Virus record (IMG/VR): IMGVR_UViG_3300042867_001289 | Coordinates: 1 to 64,000 of that record | Length of the DNA stretch: 64,000 nucleotides | Reading direction: 5' to 3' (one strand) | From: a virus | In this document: in pieces, positions 9,690 to 19,642 of the stretch | Position numbering within the stretch: position 1 is the stretch's first letter | How the letters are laid out: every line of letters starts with the position of its first letter | Program-made: the position numbers and the translations under genes | Notes under the pieces: generated by a model | Told to the model about the DNA's origin: nothing | What the model saw: only the letters and a program-made list of their open reading frames with translations | Database searches by the model: none

Positions 9690-10853
9690 TCACGACTCGT
9701 TGATTTCAGTTTCCACTTCAATCACTTCAAACTCCATCAAAGAAGCCAAAAACTCGGGATCATCGCTAGCCTTGATTTCAACCTCTGGAGCAGCCTTTGA
9801 TTCAAGCTCTGCCTCAACCGCCGAATCCACGATCTCACCATCAGTAGCCACGATCACAGTGTGATCTTCGCCGTCATCAGTCTTGATCTCAACCATATAA
9901 ACTTCACGGTTATCAACCGCACCAGAACTGATCTCAGTGACCTTGCCGCCAACAGACTTCACAGCAATATCTGCTGCAGCGTCAAACCCGACAACAACAA
10001 CAGGTGCGACTCCAGCTGACTTCTCACTCATCGGACCGACGTTGAGACGCTTCCAAGAAACACACTCAGCAGTATCACCCTCATAGATGACTTCGACGAT
10101 ACGACCGTCCTTCTGCATGACGTCAACCAGAAACATGTCAGCGGTATCTGAATAACCAGAATCAAGGACCTTGACGCCAGCGTGCTCTTCCAAAGCCAAA
10201 CCTTCAACCTCAACAAGGTTAGGCAAATTGCCTTCAGGGGCACAACCGCCGACACACCCGGCGCAAGGGGTTGAGCCACCAGTCAGAACCTTCTTCTGAA
10301 GGCCACAGATGTAAGCAGCGTCATCCTCAATGCCTTCAGCGGTCTTCATGCCACCCATCATCGCAAGACGGCGAGCACGAGCATCACGGCGGCGCTTCAT
10401 AGCCATCTCAGGGTCCTCGGCTACGGCACTTTCATCAACGTCAGAGATGTCATCAACCTCAGACTCATTAGGGTCAACCGAGGCAGCAGGGTCTTCCATG
10501 TCCGCAAGATTTTCGCCACGCTTACGACCAGGCTTAGCTACAGCAGAACGAGCAGGGATCTCGGCATCAGGAACTTCGTCCATGCCAGGAATGCCAGGCA
10601 TTGACATAGCGCCCTTCTTATCGACCTCGTCCATAAGGGTCTCATCAAGTTTCTTGTCAACCTCGTCCATAAGGGTCTCATCTTCTTCGGAGTTTTCCTC
10701 ATCACCAGACTTTTTTTGCACCGACATAGCTCCGCACTTACCACAGACCTTGCCGCCCTTATAGCCGCAATCCCCTGGATCGCCCATAGGGCAGGAAGTC
10801 ACATTTCCTTCAGTGCCGATCTCTACGACTGCTTTTTCATCCATTTTGACCAT
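9690..10853 (-). CDS. Acidic head-associated protein with Cys clusters and PepSY-like domains
   Basis: AADIAVKSVGGKVTEI...VYMVEIKTDDG...VIVATDGEIV; Cys clusters; DETLMDEVDKK duplication. Confidence 0.65.
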   Translation of the reverse strand: MVKMDEKAVVEIGTEGNVTSCPMGDPGDCGYKGGKVCGKCGAMSVQKKSGDEENSEEDETLMDEVDKKLDETLMDEVDKKGAMSMPGIPGMDEVPDAEIPARSAVAKPGRKRGENLADMEDPAASVDPNESEVDDISDVDESAVAEDPEMAMKRRRDARARRLAMMGGMKTAEGIEDDAAYICGLQKKVLTGGSTPCAGCVGGCAPEGNLPNLVEVEGLALEEHAGVKVLDSGYSDTADMFLVDVMQKDGRIVEVIYEGDTAECVSWKRLNVGPMSEKSAGVAPVVVVGFDAAADIAVKSVGGKVTEISSGAVDNREVYMVEIKTDDGEDHTVIVATDGEIVDSAVEAELESKAAPEVEIKASDDPEFLASLMEFEVIEVETEINES

Positions 10854-10920
10854 TCTCCTTATTCAACTTAAAGATTTTGCATGCATCCGAGATGAATACA
10901 CACTATACGAATATCAGACC

Positions 10921-13011
10921 TTACAATATTGTAGAGTCCAATGAATTAATTGCACGGTCCAAAGCCCTACGATGATCTTCGGATTTGATTTCAAAAGTCA
11001 TCAAATTTCCAAAATTCGTGTCAATGAAGACTTCCGATTTGTAATATTCACTAATTGGATCAATGTGTTGCTTAACTTTAAAAAGATTTTCTGGTTCAAC
11101 ATGCAGATACCAAAGACCCTTTTCTTCCACCGCTTCAGGAAGGGCAAGCGATTTAAGAATTTCATCAATCAGCTCAGCAGCGAGACGCAAACGCTTCTCA
11201 TTACCCCCATTGATCGAACGCCCAACTTTCATCTGAAGAACATTTTGAGGAATCTCAACCTCTCTGCCAACCCGACGAGGCTCATCTTCTTCATCTTCCC
11301 CATCCAACCTTATGACGACAGCCCTCGCAGGGCCACCCTCTCTACGCTCGCCTCGCCCTCCACACTTATCACACCCACAGGACTTAGACCAACGATCCCA
11401 CTCATCATCATCAATATCAGCCTCTTCACCATCATCGCCATCGCTATCAGCCCAATTGTCCTTATCGGACACATAGCGCATAAAATCTTCTTCTTCATTA
11501 ATAAACTGGCCCATGACTTTCATGGCGTATTCCATGTCTTCGTCAGTGATAACGTCTTCTTCGTCATCACGCTCAACAGCACCAAAATTGTCAGGAGTGC
11601 CTTCAGGGCTAGCAGAATAAAGATCCTTGCCATCAGGCTTATTATCGAAACGAGCGTTGAACTTATCATCAGAAATGATGCTGCCATTCACCACGCCACG
11701 CAATTTGCGGCGACAATTTTTCATGCCAGGATGATGACAACCCTCGTTCGGCCAAAGACCCGTAGTCTCATGATGCAACCAGGCGCACAAAGGCTTCAAA
11801 GGATACAACTCAGGGTGATCCGCAAGTATTGCCAGACACCGCCTAAACCCACCCGGTTTACGCATAATTGGACGCCAATACCGCAACAGGCGCTCAAGCC
11901 CGCCACGACGAGGACCGTAACCACGAAGAACATCTCCGGTGATCCGTTCCTGAGGGATAGCATCAGGGGGAGCAGCTTTTTCAGACAACGGGAAATCAGT
12001 GCTACCAGAACCCCACACGACACGAACAGCCTTAAACCCAAGCTCGTAACTAGGCTTAGTCGGCAATACTGACATTTTGTACCCAGCAGTTATATGAGGC
12101 TGAAAAGCATCCTCAGCGTCCATTGTGTCTGGACCCGTTTCATCATCAATCATACGAGACAGACGGTCTCTCTTAGAGGCGAGACCCGGAACGTTCATAT
12201 AGTAAACAGATGCATCATCAGGGCCCATGATCCCGACACCACTACAAGCACCTTTCATGTGCTCGCCGCCACAGCTCTTAGTCCAAATATCGACCATTCC
12301 TTGGACTTTATCTCGATCAGCCATTGACCAATTTTCAGAGCGGCCAAGCTTCTTAAGAGTGAGAGTCAGATTCTCTTGAGGTTTACCACCTTCGACAGCC
12401 ATTGCCCTAGCGGTCTTGTCATCTGGAACCAATGAAATACGCGCATCCCCCATGTCGGGAATCGGACTAGTCATATCATCTGACTTAATCGACAAGGTAC
12501 CCACAAGCTGATTAGCGCCATGTAAAACTGGTGAAACTTCGTAAAGTTCAAGCTCTTTTAAAAGATTTGCTTGATACCGTGGATCAAAATCATTCTTAAG
12601 CGTCTTATAGCCAATTGACCATTCCTGCTCTTCACCAAAGAAAACTACGTTTGAGAAGGCTTCCCGCCCACGCTCGCTCTTAAGGTTAAATTGCACTCGG
12701 GCATAGAGTCCGCCAACTCCAGCATTTTTCATCTTGGATGAGAGTCGCGAATCACCAGGACTGACTTCGAAGATTTCTAATACCTTGCCGATTGGCTCAT
12801 TCCAGTTATGACCCCAGACAACTCTAGGCTTACGCCTTCTCAAAGATGCTTCAAAGGCCCCAGGAACGATGATGTCATTTACTGAATCCTTATTGCCGAT
12901 CGCAGCGACAAAACACTCTACGATGCCTTGTGCTTCATCGATGTTAACTGGATTAGTTGTAGCTTTGAATTCAACATCTTGGGGGACCTGAGTTAGGGTC
13001 TGCATAGCCAC
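10921..13011 (-). CDS. HK97-family prohead maturation protease with extra C-terminal domains (degenerate 2H phosphoesterase)
   Basis: GNKDSVNDIIVPGAF..VVWGHNW..PIGK..WSIGY..LYEVSPVLHGAN; later FQPHITAGY. Confidence 0.9.
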   Translation of the reverse strand: MAMQTLTQVPQDVEFKATTNPVNIDEAQGIVECFVAAIGNKDSVNDIIVPGAFEASLRRRKPRVVWGHNWNEPIGKVLEIFEVSPGDSRLSSKMKNAGVGGLYARVQFNLKSERGREAFSNVVFFGEEQEWSIGYKTLKNDFDPRYQANLLKELELYEVSPVLHGANQLVGTLSIKSDDMTSPIPDMGDARISLVPDDKTARAMAVEGGKPQENLTLTLKKLGRSENWSMADRDKVQGMVDIWTKSCGGEHMKGACSGVGIMGPDDASVYYMNVPGLASKRDRLSRMIDDETGPDTMDAEDAFQPHITAGYKMSVLPTKPSYELGFKAVRVVWGSGSTDFPLSEKAAPPDAIPQERITGDVLRGYGPRRGGLERLLRYWRPIMRKPGGFRRCLAILADHPELYPLKPLCAWLHHETTGLWPNEGCHHPGMKNCRRKLRGVVNGSIISDDKFNARFDNKPDGKDLYSASPEGTPDNFGAVERDDEEDVITDEDMEYAMKVMGQFINEEEDFMRYVSDKDNWADSDGDDGEEADIDDDEWDRWSKSCGCDKCGGRGERREGGPARAVVIRLDGEDEEDEPRRVGREVEIPQNVLQMKVGRSINGGNEKRLRLAAELIDEILKSLALPEAVEEKGLWYLHVEPENLFKVKQHIDPISEYYKSEVFIDTNFGNLMTFEIKSEDHRRALDRAINSLDSTIL

Positions 13012-13108
13012 CTCGTGTAGTCGACTTGTTCATCATAGATGATAACTACCCAGCGTAGGAGCACATTGATGTCAATTCAAAATAATTGATGTCAATGTGC
13101 TATTGGTA

Positions 13109-15433
13109 CTATTTCCCAGGCGTAAACCGAAGCTTACACCTACAATTGATAGTCAAAGCAGCTGGAGCTAGCGGATCTCCAGGGAATCTGATTTTCACAC
13201 CACCGACATTGAAAGCGTCACCAATACTCACAACGTCATTATCCAATTCCCGATGCGCAGGGCGGACACTCTCATCACTCTTTGAAACCCAAACCTTACG
13301 GCCAGGAGAGCCTGACTTAAGCGCAGACAAGAAAACTCCGGCATTAATAGCAGTCTGCGCTTCCGTCTCAGCAATAACTTTACGCCGAGAGCCCATCAGA
13401 TCCGCAAAAACCGCAGCAAGGCCAACCTTTAGAGTGCCTAAGCGATCTTCGCTTTCCTTCATAGCCTTCACCGTGATGATAACGCCTTCAATAGCTTTCT
13501 TGGTATTCGAGTTCACAAGAAGAATACGTTCCATCTGCTGATCTAAAAGCTCTTTGACTTCTGAAAGCTTAGGCAAAGCCTTTGTATCAACACCAGAAAG
13601 TTCAGACCCATCAGAAAGAATCGCAGAGAGTAGCGGCTGCACATCTTCAAGCAACTGCTTATTCCAAATATCTAGATCGAAGATTTGATCAATTGAGATC
13701 GAATTAGCACCTAAAGATCTCCTAGATTTAGCACCCAAAGCCTTTTCGGTAACAACTCTTTCTTGCCTGTCAAAAAATCTTTCCAAATTCTGGCTTAGGA
13801 TCTCTGTCCAACGATCAGAAACTTGAGCCGCCTTAGCATTCCAATCATCGTGTTCCTCACCACTCAAAGAATCTTCAGAAATTTCAACTTCAAGTGTTTT
13901 AGATTCAGGATCTCCAAGTGCAGCTTTTCTTGACAATACCGTCTTCGGAGCCGGAGCTTCTAGGTCCACACCGCCATTACGGCCCTCGGCATCAAAACCC
14001 GTACCGGGCTGTTCAGGTAGTTCAGTAGCAGCAATTTGAGCTGCAAGCTCTTCAGGCGTAGGAACAGGCGGAGCCTCTGGTGCGCCTGGAACTGGTGCCC
14101 CAGGCACTGGAGCTCCCGGAACTGGTGCACCTGGTGCTCCTGGCGCTCCAAGAGGTGCTGGAGCCTCAAAAGGCTTCTCCGTATTGCCAATAGGCGTCAA
14201 GTTCGGATTTGCCAACAATGAATCTGCAAGATCAGAGTCAACCTTCTTGCGACCAGTACCCTCACGGTATTCGTTAAAACTAATAGCCCCATTAGTAAGC
14301 TCTTCCTTCAAAAACCGATCTTTTTCTTGCTTCACGGCAATCATCGTCGGAAGTTGAGCTGTATCAAAATCAACATAATGAAGATCGTCAAGCTCATCCA
14401 TAGCACGAGCCATAATCTCAAGATGCGGCTGCATCGTCTCAATCCAAAAAACACGGACCTCTTCAGCAGCATTGGAAAAAGTTCGACCAGAAGCATTACC
14501 GATAACCGACTCAGGAACACCAAAAGCAGCTAAAATCTCTTCCTTAGTGATCTGGCGCATTTCCTGATACGAAGCGTCACGAGGACTCGCCCCAGTATCA
14601 ATATAATCGACACCATCAGCAGAAGAGATAACAGACGTACCCCCAACCTTGTTCAGATTGCCACGAAACCGTGAACGAAGTTCGTCCTTATCATCATCAT
14701 CCATCTCTGACTTGACAACAAGCAAGCCACCAGGACGACCGTCATTTAGCAAAAAGTTACGGTTATAAACCTTTGCAAGATTCTCAATCTCGATAGCCAT
14801 ACCAGCTGACTCCATCGGAGTCATAGAAAGGTAAGGGTTCAGAGGATGAGGCCTCCGCATCCAAACAACCTTATCTGGAGAAAGAATCTTTGGACCCTGA
14901 CCAGGCAAGGCCACTTCATAACCCTCAACAAACTTTTTCGCTGAAGGAATTGGAGAGGTATAATCGGGTGGCAATAACTGAAGAGCGATAACATCGCCCG
15001 CTCTACTACGGATGATTTCAATAAAAACTCCCCTGCTACTCATCAGCATCTGAGCAGAAAGGCGATATCGGAAAACGAAACTATTTTCGCCTTCATTAGA
15101 TTTTGTGTTAAGGATAGACAACAAGGGGTGATCGCCCCTTCGGACAATTTCACCTTCAGGCGAGTTTCCCTTACGCAGCATTACAGGCAAACGGGCCTGA
15201 TTACCAGAAATTGCATCGATGCACCTGAAAACCCAAGTGGCCTTCTGCATGCCCTCGCGATGAGCTTTTTGGATATCCCAAGCATCACGATAACCACGGC
15301 CAACATAGCCCTGCATCGTCGAAACCGGCGCACCCACACCGATCCCAGCCTTAGCCTCAGGGGCAGAGTTGAACTCCCCCCTAGGAACCTCTATAGACTT
15401 TGATGAAAAACGGTTCCAACCCATACTATTCAC
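13109..15433 (-). CDS. HK97-type portal protein fused to MuF/SPP1 gp7 head morphogenesis domain
   Basis: WVFRCIDAISGN, NFLLNDGRPGGLL, ILAAFGVPESVIG; C-terminal KVWVS..DESVRPAH..INCRC. Confidence 0.92.
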   Translation of the reverse strand: MNSMGWNRFSSKSIEVPRGEFNSAPEAKAGIGVGAPVSTMQGYVGRGYRDAWDIQKAHREGMQKATWVFRCIDAISGNQARLPVMLRKGNSPEGEIVRRGDHPLLSILNTKSNEGENSFVFRYRLSAQMLMSSRGVFIEIIRSRAGDVIALQLLPPDYTSPIPSAKKFVEGYEVALPGQGPKILSPDKVVWMRRPHPLNPYLSMTPMESAGMAIEIENLAKVYNRNFLLNDGRPGGLLVVKSEMDDDDKDELRSRFRGNLNKVGGTSVISSADGVDYIDTGASPRDASYQEMRQITKEEILAAFGVPESVIGNASGRTFSNAAEEVRVFWIETMQPHLEIMARAMDELDDLHYVDFDTAQLPTMIAVKQEKDRFLKEELTNGAISFNEYREGTGRKKVDSDLADSLLANPNLTPIGNTEKPFEAPAPLGAPGAPGAPVPGAPVPGAPVPGAPEAPPVPTPEELAAQIAATELPEQPGTGFDAEGRNGGVDLEAPAPKTVLSRKAALGDPESKTLEVEISEDSLSGEEHDDWNAKAAQVSDRWTEILSQNLERFFDRQERVVTEKALGAKSRRSLGANSISIDQIFDLDIWNKQLLEDVQPLLSAILSDGSELSGVDTKALPKLSEVKELLDQQMERILLVNSNTKKAIEGVIITVKAMKESEDRLGTLKVGLAAVFADLMGSRRKVIAETEAQTAINAGVFLSALKSGSPGRKVWVSKSDESVRPAHRELDNDVVSIGDAFNVGGVKIRFPGDPLAPAALTINCRCKLRFTPGK

Positions 15434-15647
15434 TTCCTAATAGGTATCCGTAAATGCCCGACGTCACACCAAGCGTTATGAACCCTGCAGGAAAATAGAT
15501 CAATGCAGCGCCCAAAGATGTACATATAACAAAAAAAAGCATTAAGATATAAGCGAGCATTGCTCGCGCTTCAGAATCCGAATCTTCAAAAATCGTCTTT
15601 TTGTTGATTTCAGAAACTTTATCGTCTTTATTCTCTTCAGCTGGCAC
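15426..15647 (-). CDS. Small membrane protein
   Basis: Two hydrophobic segments, overlaps portal start. Confidence 0.7.
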   Translation of the reverse strand: MPAEENKDDKVSEINKKTIFEDSDSEARAMLAYILMLFFVICTSLGAALIYFPAGFITLGVTSGIYGYLLGSE

Positions 15648-15722
15648 ACATACACCTTAACATTGACAATAGGTTTAATAATGATAGCTTAACAAGTCTA
15701 CTCACCTTCGGAGCATAACAAG

Positions 15723-17042
15723 ATGTCAGTACCAGATAAAGTCGATTGGACAAAAGTTCTAGATTATCTAGAACCAAAGCCGCCACTTTACTCGCCTGAA
15801 GAAGCTTCACTTACCCAAAAAGTCTTTTTACGAACATATGCTCGCGAAGCGCTCTTCGGGGGTGCCGCAGGCGGAGGAAAATCCTCAGCGCTCCTAATGG
15901 CAGCATTGCAGTACGTCGACGTTCCAAACTACTCCGCTATCCTCTTTCGCCGCACATACGCAGACCTTGCGCTCCCCGGAGCTTTGATGGACCGTTTTCG
16001 CGACTGGACAGCAGGGGTAGATGACATCCACTGGAATTCAAATAGCTATGTAGCGACCTTCCCCTCAGGGGCAAGAATCAGTTTCGGGTACCTAAACAAC
16101 AAAGACGACTACCTTCGATACAAGGGAGCAGAGTTCCAATTTATCGGAATGGACGAAGTCACCGAAATTCGAGAAGTTGATTACCGTTACATGTTCTCAC
16201 GCCTACGTCGCCCCAAAACAGGCCCACTAAGCAAAGTCCCACTCAGAATGAGATGCGCCACAAACCCGGCACCCAATTGGGTTCGTCAACGATTCATCGT
16301 AGAAGGCAAAAGCAAAGAACGCATATTCGTGCCCTCCCTATTGACCGACAATCCTGGTGTTGACCACGATTCGTACAGGGCGATGCTTTCAGAACTCGAT
16401 CCCGTAACCAGAGCCCAACTTGAAATGGGCGACTGGTGGGTCACCTCATTGGGTTCAATGTTCCAAAGGGAAAACTTTGAAGTAATAGACCGTGGCGATC
16501 TTCCCATGTTTTCGCGAGATACAAGACTTGTCCGCTTTTGGGATCTTGCCGCAACTAAACCTTCAAATTCAAATCCTGACCCAGATTACTCTGTCGGAAC
16601 GTTAATGGCTTTCGATCAGGGTAGGGCATACATCTTGGATGTAATCAGATTTAGAGACCGTGCTGAAGTTGTAGAACAAAAAATTGCGAATACCGCATAT
16701 GCCGACGGTCCAGAAGTAGCTATCCGAATAGAGCAAGAGCCAGGATCTTCCGGGAAAGGTTACATTGACCACTTTGCCAGAAACGTTGTGTCAGGTTACG
16801 ATTTCTCAGGTGAACGCCCAACTGGAGATAAAATAACAAGAGCGCGCCCGTTTGCTGCAGCAGCCGCTAATGGAAACGTCAGACTAGTGAGCGGCCCATG
16901 GATTAGCGATTGGCTAGACGAGCTTTCTTCTTTCCCCGAGGCTTCCCCACACGATGATCAGCTTGACTCTTCTGTAGGGGCATTTTCGTTCCTCACAGGC
17001 TTAGGTGGACATACGAGTAGGAAAGCTGCTATAATTATCTAA
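15723..17042 (+). CDS. terL: Terminase large subunit
   Basis: Walker A GGAAGGGKS, Walker B FIGMDE, ATNP coupling motif, nuclease WDLA..DYS..HDDQLD. Confidence 0.95.
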   Translation: MSVPDKVDWTKVLDYLEPKPPLYSPEEASLTQKVFLRTYAREALFGGAAGGGKSSALLMAALQYVDVPNYSAILFRRTYADLALPGALMDRFRDWTAGVDDIHWNSNSYVATFPSGARISFGYLNNKDDYLRYKGAEFQFIGMDEVTEIREVDYRYMFSRLRRPKTGPLSKVPLRMRCATNPAPNWVRQRFIVEGKSKERIFVPSLLTDNPGVDHDSYRAMLSELDPVTRAQLEMGDWWVTSLGSMFQRENFEVIDRGDLPMFSRDTRLVRFWDLAATKPSNSNPDPDYSVGTLMAFDQGRAYILDVIRFRDRAEVVEQKIANTAYADGPEVAIRIEQEPGSSGKGYIDHFARNVVSGYDFSGERPTGDKITRARPFAAAAANGNVRLVSGPWISDWLDELSSFPEASPHDDQLDSSVGAFSFLTGLGGHTSRKAAIII

Positions 17043-17066
17043 TCTACTAAAGAATGGTTACCTATA

Positions 17067-17624
17067 ATGCCTAACGAAGAACTAGACAAACCTTTAAACT
17101 TATATCTAAAACCAGATCAGATGGCTTCTGAACCAGATTTCGTTTATCAGCTAAGAGATCGACTTTGCCTTTTCGATGCTGACATAGCCAGATACCTGGA
17201 AGATCAACCAGAAATATCAGAGATGATTGAAGCAGCGACAGCTATCGCTCTAATCGTTGACGATGCTAAAACCATTTACGAAACGCTTCTAGCGCACCTC
17301 AAAGACAAAATGCTTGAAGAGGGAACCGAAGAAGCTGTCGCCACAAACGGGCAACAAGTCGAAATATCTTTCTCTAAAACCCGTCGGGCTTGGCAGCATC
17401 GTGAACTGGCATCAATCGTAGCTGGAAGAATTTTCCAATCTGCGACAGATCCAGATACTGGGGAAATCCTTTTATCCACTCAAGAAATGATTGAGTCAAT
17501 GCTCGATTACGTTCAACCAAGCGGTTGGAAAATTAAAGCACTTGAAAGTATCGGCCTCAATGCCGACAAATACTGTGACGCTGGAGATTCCAGTAGCAGA
17601 ATCTATATTAGAAAGGCAAAATAA
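17067..17624 (+). CDS. Hypothetical phage protein
   Basis: 185-aa ORF coupled to the next gene (TAATG). Confidence 0.8.
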   Translation: MPNEELDKPLNLYLKPDQMASEPDFVYQLRDRLCLFDADIARYLEDQPEISEMIEAATAIALIVDDAKTIYETLLAHLKDKMLEEGTEEAVATNGQQVEISFSKTRRAWQHRELASIVAGRIFQSATDPDTGEILLSTQEMIESMLDYVQPSGWKIKALESIGLNADKYCDAGDSSSRIYIRKAK

Positions 17625-18337
17625 TGTCTACAAACGAACAGGTATCAGACCTAGTAGCAGCAGAGACAGTACGAAGCGAACTGGCAAAGGATTTCCCTGA
17701 CCAGTCGTTACGCCAGCTTGTAAAACAAGGGACATCGCTAACATATGTTCCTATTGCCGAAGTAATCAACAGAATGAACCGTGTTGTCGGTATCAACAAC
17801 TGGTCTACTGAAATCGTTAAAGTTGAGCGAGACGCTCTAAACCCTGAATGGGTTATTGCCTGGGTCCGAGTAAACATCCGCATCGGGGATCGTGTTGTTT
17901 CCAAAGATGGTGTTGGAGGGCAGCAGGTAAAGATGAAGCGAGACAAATCTGGCCCAGTTGACCTAGGCGACGAATTCAAGGGCGCTGTTAGCGATGCAAC
18001 CAAGAAAGCCATCCAACAACTAGGTGTCGCCCTATACCTTGCTCGCGATGAGCAATCAGCGGCATTGGATGAAACCGAATACGCTTCGGAAACAGATAAA
18101 AAGCGTGACGAAATGTGGAAAATGTTTGAGGAACACGCTTCTTCGATGACTAACGAAGAAAAAGTCCAAGTCAAAACATGGTGGCAAGAGACTTACAAAA
18201 CTGCCGACGGGGACGCTCGCCCAATGAAACGCACAGAAGTTTCACTTGAAGAAACTGAAGCGCTGCTCGTCCATGTTGCAGCAGTTCGTTTTGATGCCCA
18301 ACTCACGGAAATTTCAAACCCTGTAGAAAGCGAATGA
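17624..18337 (+). CDS. Rad52/Rad22 (Sak-like) single-strand annealing protein
   Basis: LTYVPIAEVINRMNRVVGINNWS..K.AVSDATKKA..LGVALYL. Confidence 0.85.
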   Translation: MSTNEQVSDLVAAETVRSELAKDFPDQSLRQLVKQGTSLTYVPIAEVINRMNRVVGINNWSTEIVKVERDALNPEWVIAWVRVNIRIGDRVVSKDGVGGQQVKMKRDKSGPVDLGDEFKGAVSDATKKAIQQLGVALYLARDEQSAALDETEYASETDKKRDEMWKMFEEHASSMTNEEKVQVKTWWQETYKTADGDARPMKRTEVSLEETEALLVHVAAVRFDAQLTEISNPVESE

Positions 18338-19119
18338 GCCTTCAAGAGGTGGTGGCAGGGAGCACTCTGCCACCATACCTATCCCCAAGCTCAATCGCTA
18401 CTTTCAGGCAATGCCCGCTACTCTACAAACTGACGCGCATTGATGGCCTTTCTGACGGCGAAACAACAGACATGCTTCGAGGAACATTTGTTCATGAGGT
18501 TCTAGAAAACCTATTCATGCTTGAACCCGAATATCGCACTCCAGAACAATCCAAAGCAATAATGCGCGATCTTTGGGAAAAGCAATGGAATGAAAAGATG
18601 GGAACCCATTTTGGCGATGACCCCAAAGCGATACGTCAATTCCGGTGGGAGTCATGGTGGAGGATGGAAAACTATTTCTCTATTGAAGATCCGACATCAG
18701 TATTTCCAGAAGGGCTAGAAACAGCTATCAAAGGCGAAGTTGGTGGAGTTCTTGTCAGAGGTTTCATTGACCGCTGGAGCAAAGAAAATGGGCGTCTAGT
18801 CGTCACTGATTACAAAACAGGCAAAACCCCCCAGGCAAGATTTAGAAGCGACAAATTTACCCAATTAATGATTTACGCTGACTTTTTAGCAGAACAAGAA
18901 TCTTGTGAAATTGAAAGAGTAGAACTTCTTTTTCTAAAAGACGGTGGCCGCATCACAAGTCCTGCAACTGAACCTCAATTAAAAAAAATGCGAGAAGTTG
19001 TTCAAGAAACCCGTGTGGGTATTGACTTGCGTTTTGAGTCCGCTATTTTTGAACCCAAGACTTCCAAACTTTGTGATTGGTGTAATTTCAAAAACGAATG
19101 TCCTGCATACAAAAAATAA
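18334..19119 (+). CDS. RecB-family/Cas4-like PD-(D/E)XK exonuclease
   Basis: LSPSS..QCP, RGFIDR..VTDYKTG, QLMIY, CDWCNFKNEC. Confidence 0.9.
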   Translation: MSLQEVVAGSTLPPYLSPSSIATFRQCPLLYKLTRIDGLSDGETTDMLRGTFVHEVLENLFMLEPEYRTPEQSKAIMRDLWEKQWNEKMGTHFGDDPKAIRQFRWESWWRMENYFSIEDPTSVFPEGLETAIKGEVGGVLVRGFIDRWSKENGRLVVTDYKTGKTPQARFRSDKFTQLMIYADFLAEQESCEIERVELLFLKDGGRITSPATEPQLKKMREVVQETRVGIDLRFESAIFEPKTSKLCDWCNFKNECPAYKK

Positions 19120-19138
19120 ACTATTTTAAGGAAATTAG

Positions 19139-19642
19139 ATGAATGATGACATTTTTGCCCGTTTAGTGGCAGAAGAAGTTAAAAACCGTATCAGCCCGGA
19201 CCAGTTAGACACTTTGATGCTTCCTGAGAATTGGGGACGCTGGGAAAGAGCTCTAATTGCTTTGACCGAAAATCTTAACCAACAGCTAATAGACATCACT
19301 CAACAAGAGAACAAAGCCAAAGAAACATATGGCGACTCTGGTGCTGAAGGGCTAAGAATTTTAGCTGAGCTATACGACAATAACGAAATCCGCAGACGCA
19401 AAATTGGTCGGTTCCTTTTCCATGTTGAATCACGATTAAATGAAGTTGCCCGACGTATCGCTATCGGAAGTTCCGATGACAGCAGCGAAGATTCAACCGC
19501 AGATTTTTTACGCAAAGCAATAGAACGACATCAAGAACTTATCAATGGTAACGAACTCATTGATGAAGAATTGATCGACGAAGCCCTATGGTCGGCACTT
19601 GATGGATACTGGAAGTTCCCTACCACCTCATCGGCGTCGTGA
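19139..19642 (+). CDS. Hypothetical coiled-coil protein
   Basis: RBS AAGGA, overlaps next gene. Confidence 0.75.
   Translation: MNDDIFARLVAEEVKNRISPDQLDTLMLPENWGRWERALIALTENLNQQLIDITQQENKAKETYGDSGAEGLRILAELYDNNEIRRRKIGRFLFHVESRLNEVARRIAIGSSDDSSEDSTADFLRKAIERHQELINGNELIDEELIDEALWSALDGYWKFPTTSSAS

Noticed and set aside
10972-12072. 366-aa plus-strand ORF
   Set aside because: Antisense shadow of the prohead protease gene.
18334-19119. Cas4 as evidence of a CRISPR system
   Set aside because: Solo RecB/Cas4-like nuclease beside an annealing protein, typical of phage recombination modules.
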